From the NCBI RefSeq assembly GCF_036971445.1, contig NC_091470.1, positions 190,340,001 to 190,404,000 of the forward strand: a DNA stretch of 64,000 nt. Direction: 5' to 3'. Shown here in pieces: positions 49,085 to 61,667 of the stretch. This DNA comes from Narcine bancroftii. Taxonomy: Eukaryota. Numbering within the stretch: position 1 is the stretch's first letter; each line of letters begins with the position of its first letter. The translations under genes and the position numbers were made by a program. The notes below the pieces were generated by a model. That model had not been told where the DNA came from. It saw only the letters and a list, made by a program, of their open reading frames with translations, and searched no databases.

Positions 49085-49395
49085 TTTTTATCATGCTTCA
49101 AGCAGACAAAACCATGAAGGGCAACATGTCATTGAATGATTCATTTTCTGCATCCGCACTTCTTCCCTGCTGATCTTGGTGCAGTCAGTGTTGAACACGG
49201 TGAAAGGTTTCACCAGGACATTGTGACCATGGAAAAGCGGTATCAGGGCAACGGGAATCCAACGCTGCCCGACTATTGTCGGACACTGATACAAGGGGCA
49301 ACAGATGCTGAGTACAAAGGAAAATCAGTGGCAAAACATTTTGAGGTCAGTCGAACTAACGCAACGTGTCAGCATCATTATGCAATTAAACATGC
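49085..49395 (+). mobile_element. Chapaev-type transposase relic (end piece at ~50000-50165)
   Basis: IHFLHPHFFPADLGAVSVEHGERFHQDIVTMEKRYQG. Confidence 0.6.
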
Positions 49396-49810
49396 TAGAA
49401 CCATAGGAAACTACAGCATAGAAAACATTTGGCCCTTCCAGTCTGTGCCAAAACATCACTCCTCTAGTCGCATTGACCTGCACCCAGTCCATAACCCTCC
49501 ATATCCCTCCCAACCAATTTATTCTTAAAACTCAAGAGTGAGCCTGCATTTACCTCATCAGATGGTAGGATGTTCCACACTCCCACCACTCCCTGACTGA
49601 AGAAATTCCCCCTAAACCTTTCCCCCTTCATCCTAAAGCCATGTCCTCTCTCCTAATCTAACTGGAAAGAGCCAACTCACATTTACTCTGTCTATACCCC
49701 TCGTAATTTTTTAAACCTCTATCAAATCTCCCCTCATCCTTCTTCACTCCAAGGAATAAAATTCTAATCTGTTTAATATTTCCCTGTAACTCAACTCCTG
49801 AAGACCCGGC

Positions 49811-49989
49811 TGTACTGACAATAACCACGAAAGTAGTGCGAGTATAAGACAGCTTTAATAAACTAATATGTACACTAAGAATTCTGCAAGACAAACCTGG
49901 AAGGCTAGACTGTTGCTCGGGACTGCTTTATAAACAAGGTCACTGGGATGACCCCTGGTGACCTAGTGGTGTAATTACATATCACCACA
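49811..49989 (-). mobile_element. Short solo LTR with TSD CCGGC inside a CR1
   Basis: TG...CA termini; reverse-complement homolog of 23182-23369. Confidence 0.85.
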
Positions 49990-51250
49990 CCGGCAACATC
50001 CTTGTAAATCACACTAAATTCAATAAAAGTTAATTTAGTGTTGCTCCAACTTCCTCCGTGATACAGCAAATCTGAAATTATCTTTGCGTTCAGCTTGAAG
50101 TTGCCTATCAAAATCACCATTTTTTTCAGGAAGCAAACCTTTTGAAAAAAATTAATGTCCAGGGTAATTATAAGAGACGGCTAGGAAGAACTGAGGAACC
50201 TTGTGATCCAAATCCATAGACCTTTCAAGATTGTCACGCAGGTTGATTGGATATTTAAGAAGGCCATATGAAATCCTGGGCTTCATTAGTCGGGGGATTG
50301 AGTTCAGGAATGGTGATGTAAAAGGGCAGCTCTATAAATCCCTGATGAAACCACACTTAGAAAAAAAATGTTGCCCAGTGTAATTGTTTCCAATAAAATA
50401 TTATTCTTGTACCAAATGGACTCACTTCAGTCAATCATTTCACAAAACCTCCACTCTGAACTCAAACTCCAATACTCAAACGTGTTGGAGAAACTCAGCA
50501 TGTTATGGAATCGAAGGGGTATGACCAATGTTTCCGGCTGAGCCCTTCGTCAAGGGGTGAGTAGAAAGGAGGCTGGCGTCTGAATAAAAAGGTGGGGGGA
50601 GGAGGAGGGGAGAGAGGAAGAGGCAGGGGGATGAGGAGCACAAGCCAACAGGTAATGTGGGTGGGTGGGCAAAAGAAATAAAAGAGGAGGTGATTGGGGG
50701 GGAGGGGGAAATGATGCAGCTCTCCGAACGGAGAGGGAAGGGCAGCTGGAGGAAAGGAGACTGAGGAATTTGGAGGAGGGGGTGGGGTGGGGAGAGAGAC
50801 AGACAGACAGAGAAACAGACAGACAGACTCAGGAGACAGGCCTAACTGAAACCAGAGGTCAATCTTAATGCTGTCTGCTTGGAGGGTGCCCAGACAGGAT
50901 GTGATATGTTGTTCCTCTTGACCTGTCCCTTTTTCCCTCTGTGGTAAACCACTGTTATGTATAATTGTCTGGGGAAGCCCAAAGCCTATGTGGGTTCCTC
51001 TCCTCGAGTCGCCAGCAGCCCACCACCTGTGTGTTCTTCAGCCTAGAACCCCTCACTGGTCCACTGTCGTGGGTCATCTTTGCTTTTCCTTCTCAAAGTG
51101 GGGGGTAATTTTAGTGTCGGGCACTAGTCCTCTGCTTCCCTGGATACTGCAACACCTTGAGGTCACTGCCGAATACAGGCACCCCCATCTTGGGCCTAGA
51201 TATCACGTATGGAGCAGTTGGTAGTATGACTGCGCATTAGGACCCTGTAG

Positions 51251-51960
51251 GTTTGGAAGACTACACAAAAGAGTCTGGAAAAACAACCAACTGAAAAACC
51301 TCACAAAGATAAGCGTATACAGAGCCGTTGTCATACCCGCACTCCTGTTCGGCTCCGAGTCATGGGTCCTCTACCGGCATCACCTATGGCTCCTAGAACG
51401 CTTCCACCAGCGTTGTCTCCGCTCCATCCTCAACATTCATTGGAGCGCTTTCATCCCTAACGTCGAAGTACTCGAGATGGCAGAGGTCGACAGCATCGAG
51501 TCCACGCTGCTGAAGATCCAGCTGCGCTGGGTGGGTCACGTCTCCAGAATAGAGGACCATCGCGTTCCCAAGATCGTGTTATATGGCGAGCTCTCCACTG
51601 GCCACCGTGACAGAGGTGCACCAAAGAAAAGGTACAAGGACTGCCTAAAGAAATCTCTTGGTGCCTGCCACATTGACCACCGCCAGTGGGCTGATATCGC
51701 CTCAAACCGTGCATCTTGGCGCCTCACAGTTTGGCGGGCAGCAACCTCCTTTGAAGAAGACCGCAGAGCCCACCTCACTGACAAAAGGCAAAGGAGGAAA
51801 AACCCAACACCCAACCCCAACCAACCAATTTTCCCCTGCAACCGCTGCAACCGTGTCTGCCTGTCCCGCATCGGACTTGTCAGCCACAAACGAGCCTGCA
51901 GCTGACGTGGACATTTACCCCCTCCATAAATCTTCGTCCACGAAGCCAAGCCAAAGAAAG
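51251..51960 (+). mobile_element. 5'-truncated RTE/BovB-type LINE
   Basis: LLFGSESW...LERFHQRCLRSIL...QLRWVGHV...LYGEL...CNRVCLSRIGLVSH; TSD AGGACCCTGTAG (51239-51250 / 51961-51972). Confidence 0.9.
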
Positions 51961-52044
51961 AGGACCCTGTAGAGGAGCGCTTTGTCTCCGCTCCCAGCTC
52001 TCCCTGGATCTGCACCAACGGCAGTGATGTCATTTTTATTTGAA

Positions 52045-52785
52045 GACTGGGCTCTGGTGGATGGGAGAGAGTGAGGTCCCAATGGGTGGGAGGGAGCGGG
52101 AACCCAGTGGGTGGGAGGGAGTGGAGCCCTGATGGGTGGAAGGGAGTGGGACCCTGGTAGGTGGGAGGGAGTGGGGCCCAGAGGTCGTTAGGAGGGAGTG
52201 GGGCCCTAGTGGATGGGTGAGAGTGGGGCTCTGGTGGGTGGGAGGGAGTGGGGCCCTGGTGAATGGGAGAGAGTGGGGCTCTGATAGGTGAGTGGGAGTG
52301 GGGCCCAGCAGTGGGGAGGGAGTGGAGCCCTAGTGGATGTGTAGGAGTGGGGCCTTGGTGGGTGGGAGCGAGTGGGTCCTGATGGGTGGGAGGAAGTGGA
52401 GCCCTCATGGGTGGGAAAGGGGCCTTGGTGAGTGTGAGGGAGTGAGGCTCTGGAGATAGGCAGGGAATGGGGACCAGCAGCAGGGATGGAGTGAGTCCCT
52501 GATGGTTGGGAGTGAGGTGGGGAGGGAGTGGAGCTCTGGTGGGTGGGAGGGAGTGGAGACCTGGTGCATGGGAGGGAGTGGGAACCTTATGGGTGGGGTC
52601 GGAGTGGGGGCCTGGTAGGTGGGAGGAAATGAGGCCCCGATGGAGGGAGCAGTGGGAGCCAATGGTGGGGAGGGAGTGAGGCCCTGATGGTTGGGAGTGA
52701 GTTGGGCCCTGGTTGGGGGAGGGGGGGGAGTGGAGCTCTGGTGGGTGTGAGGGAGTAGGGCCCAGAGTTGGGGAGTGAGTGTGTG
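52045..52785. repeat. Degenerate G-rich tandem repeat (~25-27-bp unit)
   Basis: GTGGGGCCCTGGTGGGTGGGAGGGA-like units. Confidence 0.85.
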
Positions 52786-52809
52786 GCAAATATTACCTGC
52801 TGAGCCAGA

Positions 52810-53355
52810 TCAAGTCAAGTCAAGTTTCTTGTCATCTGATTGTACAGGTACAACCCGACGAAACAGTGTTCTCTGATCCTCGGTGCAAAGCACGCAGACA
52901 CACAACCAGACATAGCACACGTACAGACAGACAATACATTTGCAGGATAAGTATGTCATCTATTCAAATAAATGAACAAATATTGTTTCATAAATATGAG
53001 AGTCTCGGTTGGTCAGTGGGAGTGGTTCCTTTGGTACTTTAGCATTTTTACTGCCCATGGGAAGAAGCTGTTCCTCAGCCTGTTGGCATCAGCTCTGATA
53101 CACCTGTATCTCTTACCCGACGTGAGCAGCTGAAAGATGCTGTGTGCAGGGTGGAAGGGGACCTCAGTGATTCGGTGCTTCCTCTTTAGACCATGATCAC
53201 ATCGATGAGGGGTCGAGGGAGACTCCAGTGATCCTCTCAGTCACTCTTATGGTCCTATGGAATGACCTCTGATCCATTTCTCTACATTAACCGTAGCACA
53301 AGGTGATGAAGCCAATCAGGACGCTCTCAATAGAGCTCCTGTGGAAGGTTGACAT
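52810..53355 (-). mobile_element. Rex1/Babar-type LINE 3' end
   Basis: Reverse complement resembles 9000-9300 (TTCCCATGGGCAGT); TCAAG tail repeats. Confidence 0.55.
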
Positions 53356-53833
53356 GGTAAGAACACAAGAAATAGAAGCAGGAGTCGGCCATCCAGCACA
53401 TCAAGCCTGCTCCACCATTCAATAAGATCATGGCTGATCTGATCATTGAATGAACTCCATTGACGTACCTTTTCCCCAGATCCCTTAATTCCTTTTTTAA
53501 GTAAAAATCTATCTAACTGAACCTTAAATATGTTTAATAAAGTAGCTTCAACTGCTTCCCTGGGAATTCCACAGATTCATTACTCTCTGGGAAAAACAGT
53601 TCTTCCTCACGTCCGTCTTAAATCTACTCACCTGAATCTTGAGGCTGTGTCCCATAGATCCGGTCTCACGTATCAGTGAAAACAATTTTCCTGCCTCTAT
53701 CTTATCTCTCCTTTTCATAATTTTATGTTTCTATAAGATCTCCTCTCATTCTTCTGAATTCGAGTGACTATAATCCCAGATGATTTAGTCACTCCTCGTA
53801 GGTCAACCCCCCTCATCTCCGGGATCAACCTGG

Positions 53834-55050
53834 TGATTGATATGCTCTATCAATGTCTCCAAGCCGTAGAGTGAGGAACGCTCGGCTTTATTATACTTTA
53901 GATGTAGCTGGCCTAATTCCAAGTGCTCGACTGAGGACAGGGAGAGGGAGGTCAATCTTTATTCCAGGGTCACAAGGGGAGGAGTTACCAGGGAGTGAGT
54001 TGCCAGTGGGGCACGGGCCAGCTAGTCACACTTACCTATATTTGCATCACCACATTCACCCCTCCTTCCTTTTAAAACGCAACCTTACTGGGTTAAAAGT
54101 ACCAGAGGCTCAGCTGGTCGGATGGTCTCCTTTGCTTCTGTGACCAGCGCAGTTCTGTCGGTGGTACAATGACCGGCTCTTTTGCCAGTCATGTGTTTTG
54201 AGGCTGGGGAGGGAGGGCTGGCTCCGTAGGAGGTGGGGACAGGATCCAGGGTTTATGGTGTGGTGGGTCAGGGTGAGTCACTAACCTGCACTAAGTCCCT
54301 GACGGGGGCAGTATGAGTGTAGGTAGGAGGAGGTGGGGAGTGGGCAGGGACATGGCATTGTGGCCTCATAGCCATCTGGGTACACCACGTAGGCTACTGA
54401 GGGTTGGTGTGCAGGAGTTGCAGCTCTTCAGGTCAATGGGTCAGATTTAAGACCCCTCGCATGTTTCTGCAACAGGACGGGTCCTGGGGATGAGAGCTCG
54501 GTTGGCGACTTCCTGGAGAAGGAAAGCATGCGTTTATGTGGGGTTGCATTGGGAGCGGTGCATAGCAGAGATCGGAAGGCATGGAGTGCTTCTGCCAGGA
54601 CTTCCTGCCAATGGGATACCGCCAGGCATTTTGATTTAAGAGACCAGGAGGAAAGCTTTCCAAACTGGGGCATTTTCTCTCTCTACCTGGCCGTTCCACC
54701 AGGGGTTGTACTACTGGCAATGCCTCTAGCCAACAGGTACTGCCCTAATCACAGTGGATGTAATTTAGGTACCCGAGGAGGGTAAATATACCATGGTGTG
54801 CCTTTATGATGGTGGCTGAGGTCATGTCGGGACAGGGGATGACAAAAGGGAACCTGGAATACTCGTCAATGATGTTCAGGAAATAAATGTTCCTGTTGGA
54901 CGAGGGCAGGGACCCCTTGAAATCAATACTGAGTCGATCAAAGGGGCACATAGCTTGTCAGGCCAGAAGAACTGTGGTTTGCATTCTGCGCAGACCCGAC
55001 AGTGTCCGGTCAATGACCTGACATCCTCAATGGAGTAGGGAAGGTTAGTA
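53834..55050 (-). mobile_element. Gypsy 3' fragment (integrase, PPT, LTR)
   Basis: PFDRLSIDFKGSLP...NIIDEYSRFPF; LTR boundary CACCACA ~54053 next to the PPT; related to 37350-41423. Confidence 0.8.
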
Positions 55051-55124
55051 AATGCAAGATCATCCACTTTGACAGGAAAATCAGATGAGCAGATTATTAT
55101 TTAAATGGTGAAAGGCTGCAGCGT

Positions 55125-55503
55125 GCACGTAGGCAGACAGGATTGCCTAATACCAAACTCATCCAGGAGGCAGAAGAATGTAAGGGGGAGGGTATTTCTA
55201 TACTAAAAACAAATGTATAAAAGTTGGGTGAGCCCCAGTGTATGTGTGTATTCCCAGGGTAAGGGGAAGCACCCAACTTTGCATTGTGGTATAATAAATG
55301 TTCTTTGTTCTCAATTTTTGTCTCGAGCAATTTCTGTGAAGGTACTTCTGCTTCTCACAAATGGGGCTCGTCCGGGATCGCACTCCCTCCACTGACAGAG
55401 TGCCCGACGACGAGGGTAGGTGCACCCCGGCTGATTCAGCTGGACTCACGGACGGCGGGTGACTTGTCAGTGGATGAAGCGAGTGATATCCGAGAAGAGG
55501 CAT
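55125..55503 (+). mobile_element. ERV-A third copy: partial LTR, PBS-Pro and leader, interrupted by ERV-B
   Basis: Near-identical to 11331-11710. Confidence 0.92.
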
Positions 55504-56135
55504 TGTCGGACTCTGGCTTTACCTTACTCTTAAATTAGTCTATGTGTAGTCTGAGTCCAGCGTGTTCTTTGAATGAAGTGATAGGAGAAGGTATTCGGTT
55601 CAACAGTCAATTTATTACACAGCACAAGAATAAAACTTAACAGAGCTCTGGGTCAATCATTAGTTCATAGGTCACCTGCACAGTGAGCTACTCCCCAAGA
55701 CTGACCCCTATTGTCCAGTTGGCTCAGTTTATATAGATCAACCTTATCATACAGAACAAAAGTTGGCTTCCTTTGCTAGATTTCATTATCATACAGAACA
55801 AAAGTTGTCTTCCTTTGCTAGATCTTTTTGCATGAGGGTTATCACAAGTCATCTCCTGTTTTGCAGATATCTGGGGTGTAGCACTCCCATCTTAATCCTC
55901 CAGGCCAGACTATCCTGTTGTGTTGATCAGAAATTAATTCATCCCCAGATATTTCTAATCACCATTCTGTTCTTGTCTGGCCAATTTCTGCTGTTCTCTT
56001 TAACACCTCCTCCTGCCTTAATCTTCCTCCTAGACTGGTTTTCCATTCCCTTTGTTTCTTGCAGGCCATTCTTTGTTCTGATCTGGCCTGTGTCTCCTGT
56101 GCTACTCACCACCTCCTTTAGTTTGAGCATTCCTC

Positions 56136-57428
56136 CTAAATCGTTTTATGCATTTCCTCTCCCTGTATATTGGTGATAATTTCCAAAATAGCTTGTAAAC
56201 AAATCAGACGGTTTAACATGTAAATTGGGGTTCGATATCCCCAGGACCCATCCTGGGCCCAAGTGGCAGGTCCATAATAAGAAATAATGCGCTCTGGAGG
56301 CCAGTCCTCTCCCCACTCACCGATCTTTAAATCCCTCTTCTGGCGGAGCCCCTGATATACACGCGCTGCTAACTGATGGGAGTCGTTCTGTGGTAACAGC
56401 ACAAATTGTGGTTGAATGATACCTATACAGCAAGTTCCCCTCCAGTCTGTCTCCAAAAAAGTGTAAGCCGTATTCCCACAAATCCAATATAAACCCTCTG
56501 GGGCAAATCCGTGTGGATAGGGATGAGCCCAAAATTGTCTGAGTGAGGGAACCCCTTCATATGGATTAACGCCCGTGCAATTCCATACCACTTACCCACG
56601 GGAGTTATCTGTTATAGGTCTGCAATGTGTTACCTTCTGTGGGGACAGGAACCACCGGGGTCGCTGAGGATGCCATCGAGGGAACTTCCCCAAGATTTTA
56701 ACCCTTGTGCACCTCGAATCTCCTTTATAATGCTTGCCTTGCTCCTTCCTGATACATTCCTCTCCTAATGGGTGATTAGCTAGATGCCATGTCTGGCGGG
56801 GGCGCGTCTCATCTGCCGATCCGTGAAAACTCATCAACTCCCACACTTCCAGGGGCTCCCCGCTCCATGGCCATGATCCATCTCTTGTGGGTCCCCCACA
56901 TACCCAACAGTTTTTAACCCCCAAGAGTTCTGCCGTAGTTTGGCAAAGGTCTACCCATCTATTGTCACCTTCTCTGTGAGTGGCAGCCTGGCGTTTAGTG
57001 TTGTCATAGATATCCCCCTTATCTCTGTCCCATACGTATGGTTGTTTTCCTTTTTGCCACATGGGGTCCCACTGTATCCTCTGAATGGGAATTGAGCCCC
57101 CTTTCTCCTTATCTTGGTCTCCCTCCGGGGCACAAAACCATGTTACTCCTTGGGGACAGCGGTCTCGATTTGGCGTGAACTGTAAAGAGCCCTTATTGAA
57201 TTTAACATCATACACTTGTCCATTATGCAGACACTTACGTCCCGTGTGAGTCCCCACACAGTGTTCAGGAAAGTTAGTCCAATCAGCAAAGTACTGTTCT
57301 TTTTCGTTGTGCGACCCCCAGGCCGAGTGCACACACTTTGTACAGTGGTTTTCTACTCCAGCCCCTTCAAGGGCTCGGAATACCAGTACCCATAGTCCCC
57401 ACATAGTATTCATCCCAGCTCCTTTCAT
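56136..57428 (-). pseudogene. env: ERV-B env, ERV3/HERV-R-type; one in-frame stop; TM C-terminus deleted
   Basis: Signal peptide, NCWVCGG, GLYWICG, RQKR furin site, WPPERIISYYGPATWAQDGSWGYRTPIYMLNRLICLQAILEIITN; TAA at 56592-56594. Confidence 0.9.
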
Positions 57429-57536
57429 TGTTTTGATGCCAATAAATTGATTATCCTGTCAACCACTGATATACAGTCACCGTAGTCCAATAGTCTCTTT
57501 AAAAAGGGATGTTAAGTGTTCTTAGTCTGTGGTTGC

Positions 57537-60500
57537 TTCACAGGTTCTCAGTCACCTCCGTTCGAATCTGTTCCAGTGTCCGTGTCGGTGGGTCCGTTGC
57601 TGCACACTGACTCCAATGATACCACGTCTCGCCTTTTCCTTGTAGTCGAACCGCGTGGGACGTCCTCTCCACCACTCTGTAGGGTCCTGTCCACCTGGGC
57701 TCCGACCACTTTCTTTTGATGACCTTTAGCAGAACCCACTCCGCGACTGAAGGTATCGGTGTTTCCCCTTCTCTGTTGGGACTTGTGACCTGTTATGAAA
57801 AATCTGACACCAGAGCCGTTAGTTTTTCATAATAAAGCTTGCATCCCATTGAACTTACCTCATTCTTCGTAGTCTGAATTCCGGCTCCTGGTCCTGGAAA
57901 CTGGTGCCCTGTTTGTAGTTCATATGGAGTAAATCCTGTCACAGAACTTACCGAACTCCTTATTGACATTAATGCCAGGGGCAATGCATCCACCCAATTT
58001 AGTTTGGTCCGTGCCTGTACTTTCCCGATCTTACCTTTTATTGTTTGGTTCATCCTCTCCACTTTCCCTTGGGATTGTGGATGGTACACCGTTCCAAACG
58101 CATGTTTCAATCCCAACATTGCTTCTACCTCCTGAAGATCGTTATTCTTAAAATGACTTCCATTATCGGACCTAATTTTTCTAGGAACTCCGTGTCTCGG
58201 AATATACTGGTTGATCAGGAATTTACATACTGTCCTTGCATCTTCTCTTTTGGCAGGGATTGCCTCCGGCCACCCTGTGAACACATCTACTGCTACTAAG
58301 AGGTATCGATAGCCACTTACCCTTTCAATCATTTCCGTATAATCAAGTACGATTTCCTGCCCTGGTAACCTAGGTAACGGGAATCGTCCTTCATGTGGCT
58401 TTACAGTCACCTTGACATTGAAAGTTATACATACCTCACACTCTCTAATATGGTTCTCCACCATCGCCGGCAGGAAGGGGTGCCACCAATGGATCAAGTA
58501 CCTTATCATCTGCTTCTTTCCACAGTGTGTTAGCCCATGCGCCTCCTCGAGGAGGGGTTTCATGAGTCCAGATGGTAAAACTGGCCTCCCGTCTATCGAT
58601 CTCCATATTCCTTGATCCTTGGTTGCCCCCCTTTCCTCCCATACCATCCTTTCCTGAGGTGATGCCTTTGCTTGTTCCTGTACTATTACTTCTACCCTAC
58701 ACGGTGGTAATAAGTCATGTGCTGTTCTGTCTGCCTGTATCATAATAAACTGAGGGCCGTATCCTGCTGCCCTTTTAGCGGCCATGTCCACTTCCTGATT
58801 TCCCCGAGCCACCATCATATCTGTTCTATCATGTCCTTTACATTTAAGAACTGCTAATGCCCTTGGTTTCAGGAGGGCCTCAGCCAGTTTTCTAACGTCC
58901 TTCTCGTGTTTAATTGGGGTCATTGCTGCTGTTAAAAACCCACTTCTAATCCATTGACTAAGTTCAACCTGTATTGTCCCTACCACGTATGCCGTCTGTA
59001 TATATATTGACCTCCTTCCCTTCTGCCCATTCTAATGCTGCTATCATTCCCTGTAGTTCTGTGAGTTGTGCTGACTCCTTTCCTCTCACTGTCCCTGTAA
59101 TGATTTCTTCAAATCCTCCTGTAGTTTTTCATACCACCGCATAGGCAGCTTTCAATCCATCTGTGGGGTGTCTGTAACAACACCCATCTGTAAACAAGGT
59201 TTCATCTGGTTCTCTTAAGGGTGTAGCCTGTAAGTCAGGTCTTATTTTAATATCCTTCACTACCCTCTTCTCACAACAGTGTGGTTCTCCCTCTCCCATA
59301 TTGTCTGCCATGTTAATGCCTTCATGGGTAAATGTAACATTCGGAGCATTCAGGATCTTTTCTAGTCTCATCTGCCTTAGCGAAGTCATTGTAAATGCTG
59401 TCGAGCTCACAAATGCTACAATGCTATGTGTTGTTAATACCGTCAGGCCATGTCCCATTACTATGTGTGCCACCTTTTGTAAAATCTTTGCTACTCCCGC
59501 TGCATGTCTCGTACATGGTGGGTGTCTGTCTTCCGTCGGGTCTAGTGTGATACTCACATACATGAGCACATATCTTCCACCCCCTTTTTTCTGAAAAAGA
59601 ACACCATCAATTGTGTGTGCTTTTTCAGAAACATCCAAAAAGAAAGGCAGTTTATAATTTGGAATCGCCAAATCTGTAGCTGTTGTAAGAGCTTGCTTCA
59701 ATAGAGTAAAACTCATCTCAGCCTGTGCAGTCCAATCAAGTGTAGCTCCCAGATTCCTCATTCCCTGCTCATTCACCAAAGTTCGCAGTGGATGTGTCAA
59801 CTCGCCATACAATGGGATAAACTGCCTACTATAACCTGACAAACCCAAAAACGAAAGCATCTCTTTTACTGTCTTTGGTTTTGGATGATGTAGTATCGCT
59901 GTTCGATGTGTAGGGGAAATCCCTGTGCCTTTCGCTGAGACCATTCTCCCTAAAAAGGTGACCACCTGTCTGCAGCATTGCAGCTTTGAGCGAGAGACTT
60001 TAAAGCCTGCCTTGAACAGCTGCACTAGCAGGAGACAGGTGGCCTCCAAACAGGAAGTATGATCAGGTGCTGCTAATAGGATGTCATCTACATACTGGAT
60101 CAGAACTACCCCACCTGGCAGTGCTAGCCCCCCCAGCTGTTCTTTCAACACCTGATTGAAAATCCCTGGAGATAAGATAAAGCCCTGCGGAAGCCTAGTA
60201 TACCGCAACTTTCTACCTCTATACGTGAACGAAAACACATCTCTTAATGGTTCTGCCAGCGGCAAGCAAAAGAAAGCATTCGCTAAATCTAAGCAAGAGA
60301 ACCACTTGTGGTTGGGGGTTAAAGCAGTCATGGCAGTATATGGGTTTGGTACTGGAACTGTGGGTGTTCTCACAATACCATTGATGCGCCTTAAGTTATG
60401 GGCCATCCGATATTTGCCCGTGTCTTGTTTAGGAACAGGTAAGATGGGTGTATTCCAACTAGAACGCGAATGTTCCAATACCCCTGAATACATAAGGCCA

Positions 60501-61667
60501 TCAATGGTCTCGGCCAAACCTTCCTCAGCTTCAGATTTGTGGGGATACTGCATCTGCCAAATAGGGGTGTAATCTGGCAGTTCGAAGGTTATGGGATCAA
60601 CCTGCTGACAACAACCCACATCTGCTGATCCCACTGACCACAGGTTCTCAGGGAGAGAATCTAGCATAGGGGCCGAGTCGGGGTGATGCATCTTCTCTCT
60701 ACCATGAAAGCGTTCAATCTGTCTATGCTCAAGGAGGACTTGATCATATGTCGGAGACAAAATTCTGTATGCCTGACCAGATGAGGAGAACTGCACTGTC
60801 GGTATTTGGGTGTCAGACCAGTCACTAAAGGACATCAAGTTCCGACACATCGGTCCCAAATCTTTTGCCTGGTGAGTAGTGCCAATTGCAAGGATGACAT
60901 GAGGAATGGCCTCACCTGCCATCTCATACCATTCCAGCTGTTCAGATGTCAGTGCCACCGTAGTGGCCACTCCCTCCTTTCCTACCACTATGTAGTCCGA
61001 ATTAATTTCCTATAGCATGCCCTCTACTTCTTCATAAAAGGCATGCTGATACATTTCATCCCCATCCCTATCATAACAGAGGGTCATATGGGGGGGGGTC
61101 CGAGGGAGGGGTATACGGGTGTAACGTCTGGATCCACGGCTTCCATTGATTATAAAGCTTTAGCAGCCCTCCCTTCTGTGGGTCCTCTGGTTGCAACAGC
61201 CCCCAGTAAATGTCAGTCCATTGTCCCTCAGACGCGGATCCTCCAGCTGCCGCCAACAACATCTGAGAACTGGAATGCAGTGTAGTTACTGAACAGTTCA
61301 TAGAATATCCATTTGGAAAGGTGACCTTTATTCCGCTGGGTCCACAAAGGATCGATGCTCCGCACTTGACCAACAGGTCTCTGCCCAAGAGATTGGTAGG
61401 GCACTTGGCTGACAAAATGTATTGATGTGTAAAAGTCTGTCCCGCCACAGAAGTGACTAGTGGTGTAGAAAACGGCAGATTTTCTGGTGTACACGAGAAC
61501 CCTATTAGCTGGACACAAGAGGATGATGTTTTATCTTGAAACTCAGCGCCAGTGAGTGTTGAAAATCTGGCTCCCGTATCCACTAAAAAGGATACTTCCA
61601 TGTCCATTACTTTAATCTGCAGGAAAGGATCTGCCAACCTAGCCTGCTCGTGGGTGCTCGGGCTCCG
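57537..61667 (-). pseudogene. pol: ERV-B pro-pol (PR, 2H domain, RT, RNase H, IN) with a few stops and frameshifts
   Basis: FLVDTGA, LDLANAFF, RLPQGF, QYVDD, LFTDG, HGLTH...CEVC, SDNGSHF, GKVERMN, WTGPY. Confidence 0.93.

Noticed and set aside
51536-52789. 417-aa Pro/His-rich ORF on the minus strand
   Set aside because: Antisense reading of the G-rich repeat plus the RTE element.
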